Source: an uncultured virus (IMG/VR IMGVR_UViG_3300042866_001374) (taxonomy: Duplodnaviria > Heunggongvirae > Uroviricota > Caudoviricetes). From it: a stretch of DNA of 64,000 bases. The translations under genes and the position numbers were made by a program. The notes under the pieces are model-generated. The model worked only from the letters and a program-made list of their open reading frames with translations, was not told the origin of the DNA and made no database searches. Positions 59,087-64,000 of this stretch are shown piece by piece. The DNA is taken from the IMG/VR virus record IMGVR_UViG_3300042866_001374, one strand, 5' to 3'. Position 1 is the stretch's first letter; each line of letters begins with the position of its first letter.

Positions 59087-62000
59087 TCATGCACTGTAAC
59101 CTTCAGACTTCAAAATAGCACGACGAGCATCATATGCTTGAAATTGAGATGCAAACTCAGCAATCTTCTGATACGGATTCTTACGATACAATCCCCATCG
59201 AGTAGTGCCAAGAATAGCACGAATCATGTATGGATTATCAAGACCCAGAGGATAGGGTTTCATCTTCTGCATTTGTAGGACTCTCTGATATTACTACCTG
59301 AGTCGGTTCCTCGTCAACGGTAGGTGGACACTCTTGAGATTGTCCCAACAACTCATTACATCTTTTCATAATACAATCAATAAAATCCTGTTCAGTCCAT
59401 GTGTTAAACATAGATTCTAGTGGATCATTCTCATCCCATGATATTGTAAATGATCCATCTTGTTCTTCTTTAACATCAATTGCCATAATCGTCATCCCAT
59501 GGTGCTTTACGACTTAAAACTCTTGCAATTTTTTTCATTACTTCTGGGTCTGGTGGTTCATGCAACCTTTCTACAAGAGCATCAAAGTCTTTTGCTGGTA
59601 ATACAATCCGTTCAGGTTTTGCTCCTTTACCCCAGAACTTCTCAAACTCCCACTTGTAGTTCATATCCAACCACCCACCATTCAAAGAACTCCAAAACTC
59701 TCCCCAAATGTGATAATCATCAAAGCGAAATCCTTCGTGTGACATCAAACGATACCACCACCAGAACGGAGTATAACGAAGAAATCTATTTGAGATAATC
59801 CATCTATTAATTAAGACCATCTTCCCAACCTCAGCTTTCGTTCAGGTGAAATCCACGGATTATATGGATCATCATAGGGATAGATGTATTCGCACATCCA
59901 ACCCCAGGATAATGCCTCCCAGAAGTCATCAGGGAAATGCTCAACAGTTTCATGACAATCTATGATATATCTAATGTTGAAAAATCCCTCACGGAACCAT
60001 TCCCACTTACTCATACCCCAGTATTCATCGTGCGTCATGCTGTTTCATCACTCCAGTAGTATTTTAGTTGATCACCAGTGATATTCAAATGATAAATCTT
60101 ACCATCTTGCCCATAAACACCAATCCACAGTGCTCGTTCATTCATACTTTCCAGATGAAACAACTTCACCTCTTCCAGTACAATCTCATCTGGGTTTTCA
60201 GTCCAATTTACTAATTTAGTCATTTTTTCCACTCCCATTCACTCTTGATACTCCACTCTGTTCTAATGTAAGAGTAGTTTAGATAATCCCAAAAAATACC
60301 TTGATAATCTTCAAAGTCCCATTCAGGGTCACGACCATCATAAGTCATCAGTTGCTTCCACAACTCAAAACATATTTTAAATGCTTTCATTTTGCCTCCC
60401 AAAATCTACCATCAGGACCACAAGAGTAATCAAGTGATTCCCAACATTTAGCACGGAGCATATCACAGAACCTGCTCTCATTACCAGTCACAAGGTTATG
60501 AGAAGTATTTGGTGATACACAAGTATCGTGTCGGTGTCCCATTCCAAATAGATGAGAGAACCAATCCTTACGATAATACTTGCAATCTTTACAGAGTTTG
60601 GTCATAGTAACTCGTGCTTCATTCCCATCAGTTTACCATAGATTTTGGCATAAAACAAATGAATAAACTTATCGTTATCATCTCGCAGTATTTGGGCCTT
60701 CACTAGTGCCATCAGTGCTTCAATTTCAGCAATCTGTAAATCAGAGTCTATATTGTGTTCTGTGACTTCCATTATGAGTAATTAAAGTGTAAATGTGTTT
60801 CCCAAGTGAATGCTGGTTGGTCTTTCCTTTGCATCATTTCTGCAACAAAATATGGAATGAACCTTGTGTATTTGTCCAGAAACTCCCTCTCCGTGAGTTC
60901 ATCAAATCCGTGCATATAATGATCACAATCAACAAACTTTGCAAACTTTTCATATTCACGGTCTCTATCATCAACTCTTTGATAGTTGCGACAGATTTTC
61001 AACCAGAATGAACGACCTTCACCAGTGGCACAGTAATCAATCGCAAAGAAACGATAGAATGGTTTGTCACTCATTGTTCTTCCTCACTCTTGCAAGAAAC
61101 TCATTACTCTGTTGATACAATCCTGCAATCAAATCCTTGATGTCATCAATTGCAATCACAGTATACTCCACATTCATATTTTCACAGATGAGTGCGTCAA
61201 CCATACATTCCAATGTCATTGCTTGCATATGCTCTGGTGTGATTGGTGTGCCATGTGGCATCCCAGAGCATTCATCATTGTAAAATGCATTATATCGTCG
61301 AAGAACAGTTTCACTTCGTTCTTTGCGTTCCCATTCTTCTTTTTCAATTGCTGCAAGTTGTTGAAGTGCATCACCATTTTCATCATAAAGTTTATCAAGA
61401 GCATCAAGTGCCTTGCGTTCTTTCTCACGACGCTCTGCTTCTTCAAACATAGCATCAGGATAGGGTTCTTGGTTTCTCATAAGTTCTTTTAACCTTTGTT
61501 TACCATACTCTGTAAGTTCATGTTTCTTGGTGCGAAGTTCATCAACTTCCTCTTGTGTGAGATTTACCCATGGCATGTCTTCATTCATTTGTTCTTCTCA
61601 CAATACAGGAAATACTTGTACTCTGCAACTTGATGTGGTGCATATCTTACGACATCACACTCTTTATACTTATCAACCACTTCAAATGATGCAGAGTTGA
61701 TTGGGTTATCCCCAGAGGCAAAGTAAGCAAGTGCAATCAGAATAATGATGAATACAGCAGAGGCACCAAGAAATACACCAACACCACGCAGAAACTCTTT
61801 GAGAGCATACTTATCTTCTTCAGTCATTTTGCTCCACAGCATACTCTTCCTGCTGTTCTAACTTTCTTTCAAGTTTCTCAATCCTATCACACAACTCGGT
61901 GATAATACAAATCAAAGAAGGATAGCAAATAGTTTCAGTATCATTCCCATCCTCCATATCAATATAGCGGTGATGGCAAAGTTCTTTGGCAAAGTTGCGT

Positions 62001-63996
62001 TCAGTCATCGTAGCATCCCTTTAATTTTTTCAAGACAATGATTAAATCCATCCACAAGCAGTTCAGTATTTACATTCTGACTTCCTGCTGCTGATTGTTC
62101 TTTAGGCAACCAACTCTCCACCAAATCTACAATATCATTACAAGCATCAAAATCATAACCAAGTTCATCTACCAATCTATTAAAAAGTTTTTGTGCTTCG
62201 TATTTTTTCACCAACCTATTCACAACCTCATCCATAGGTTTTGGGTTGTCTTTCTCATCCCACTCTACTTCATCATATTCAGGAGGTTCATCAGGACAAT
62301 AAGGTTCATCATCATACTTCCCCTTCTTCACATCATTAAACCATACACCTTCAAGAAGACGAAGAGTTTCACCATCAATAATAGCAACCATCAGCAAACC
62401 CTCATCAGAATACTTTTTTTTATACCAATAAAATTCATCAGGAAATTCAAGACGATAATAAACCTCATCATTATAAGAGACGACCTCAAACTTACCACCA
62501 AAACTAAATTCCATTTTGGGTTGAGATTTATGTGTCTCAATCTCTTTGAGGAGTTCCAGTTTCTTTTGAAGCACTTTGATTTCTGCTTCGGTCTTTTCAA
62601 TATCAGATTTGAAAGTCATTTGTTTCAGGTAAGGAGTAGCATCCATCACACCATCTTTGATTGCTTGTTTAAAAGCATTACGCAATCCATCGGCAACTTG
62701 CTCTGGTGTTTGTGGAGTTGGTTGAAATTCAGTCATCTTTTGTTCCACCATAATAATGTTGTGCGTTGAGTGTTCTCCACATTATAATCTGCTCAAAACA
62801 TTCCCCAAGATTGCGACAAACAAAACTATCTTCATCCACCCCATCTGGACCATCCCATATTGTAGCAGTATATCCCTTCGTAGGATGTGGAGTATAAGTG
62901 ATTTCAATTTTCATCGTTCATTATAAAATACAAATCCTGTTGATGTCTTTTCGCAATAGTAATAATACTCCTGAAATACACCATTCATAAAGTCTTCAAG
63001 TGTTTCCAGTTCATCACTGCCAGTTGAATGATAACAGTCTAACACAAAATCCTGATACTCACCAACAAAACCACAGAAACGGTCAGGAAACTTTGAAATA
63101 CTTTTGTCTGGGAACAGTTCATAGTATGTGTCTAATACTTCCTGTCCGTATTCTTCTAGGATTTCTTCAAGTGTCATAGGGCTGTTGGGGGTCTTTTTTC
63201 CAAACTTCTTTGTATGTAATCCAAGGCTCTACACCAGTTTCCATTTGTGCAGTCCAGTGGTATCCATTCTCATCAACCGCATCAAGATAATGAATGCGTG
63301 TCTTGGGATCAATTGTACGGGTAATATGTGTGAATTTTACTCGTTCAGTCATTTTTTATCACCCCATAGTTGCTCAAAATACTTACCATCTCTACCACAA
63401 TACATCTCAAAATGTCTGGCATCTTTACAACTTTCACTTTTTTTGTCTCCAGTCACCAAATCACCAGTTATGATTGGGTTGTAACACCTATCAAGTGAGT
63501 TGTTCCTAAAAAGATGACCTAACCAACTTTTCTTATAGTGGAGACAATCTTTACATAGTTTGCGTTGTTCAGTCATTTGATCGTCACAGTTTGATTTTTG
63601 ATTTGGCAAAGACGGGAAAGATTATCACCCGCAGTAGCAACTTGGAAGAAGTTGTAGTTAGTCCCACACTGTTCGTTGAGTGCTTGTTGAGTTGTAATGA
63701 CATTCACAACTCCTGTGATGGGAGCAGCAAGAAGAACCAAAACAACAGTACCAACAATCAAAACAGTCCAAGCATCCATAAAATCAAAGTTGTTGCGTTT
63801 CATTTCAGTTCTCCTCTTGATGACGGAATACTTTAGCAAACTCTTCTGCTGCCTCAAATGCAAGTTCAGCACCGAACTTGAACACTTCTCGTCGTTCTTG
63901 TTCAGTAATACTTTGCATATTAGAACAAGTTTTCAACCACTCAACATAGAGTGTTTGTCCTAAATCAACAAATCGTTCTTGAGAGAAGTCAGTCAT
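59087..63996 (-). other. Array of about 19 translationally coupled small hypothetical ORFs
   Basis: Contiguous minus-strand ORFs with overlapping start/stop codons, incl. 60387-60605, 60602-60772, 60772-61074, 61067-61588, 61585-61827, 61820-62008, 62005-62736, 62729-62914, 62911-63177, 63167-63352, 63349-63576, 63573-63803, 63805-63996. Confidence 0.7.
59476..59820 (-). CDS. Trp-rich protein with DUF1778/TacA-like C-terminus
   Basis: RIVLPAKDFDALVERLHEPPDP...RVLSRKAPWD. Confidence 0.6.
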   Translation of the reverse strand: MVLINRWIISNRFLRYTPFWWWYRLMSHEGFRFDDYHIWGEFWSSLNGGWLDMNYKWEFEKFWGKGAKPERIVLPAKDFDALVERLHEPPDPEVMKKIARVLSRKAPWDDDYGN

Positions 63997-64000
63997 TTCA

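Noticed and set aside
62095..62769. 224-aa + strand ORF (also 53187-53807, 58457-58948, 50864-51301 and other + ORFs)
   Set aside because: F/I-rich antisense shadows of real minus-strand genes
1..64000. tRNA, rRNA or alternative genetic code
   Set aside because: No cloverleaf/T-loop signatures noticed in intergenic DNA; long ORFs translate cleanly with the standard code and TAA, TGA and TAG all end genes

Overview
Segment of a large T4-like myovirus genome; gene order and protein families point to a cyanophage (Kyanoviridae-like), which is an inference since no photosynthesis genes lie in this window. 1-2.1 kb: partial B12-binding radical SAM gene (+) converging on a DSBH-oxygenase-like ORF. 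2.1-39.5 kb: AT-rich late virion operon on the minus strand: gp25, gp6, giant gp7 (4287 aa), gp8, a 2551-aa virion protein, gp13, gp14, gp15, gp16, a modular 633-aa protein, gp17, gp18, gp19, gp20, with TAAATA late promoters. 39.5-42 kb: small conserved ORFs and a structured non-coding junction. 42-48.4 kb: visibly GC-richer array of small early genes, each in a promoter cassette; three different operator-like motifs sit about 30 bp upstream of the -10 boxes. 48.4-48.9 kb: non-coding locus with periodic palindromic repeats, a strong + strand promoter, an AT-rich tract and a perfect 7-1-7 Fur-box-type palindrome (candidate origin). 48.9-64 kb: accessory genes (PRMT-like methyltransferase, FabF-like ketosynthase, RlpA, GT11, 2OG-Fe(II)-like oxygenase, HEXXH peptidase, TacA-like tail) and many coupled small ORFs. 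No tRNA, rRNA or CRISPR array was seen. All calls are from motif reading without database searches.
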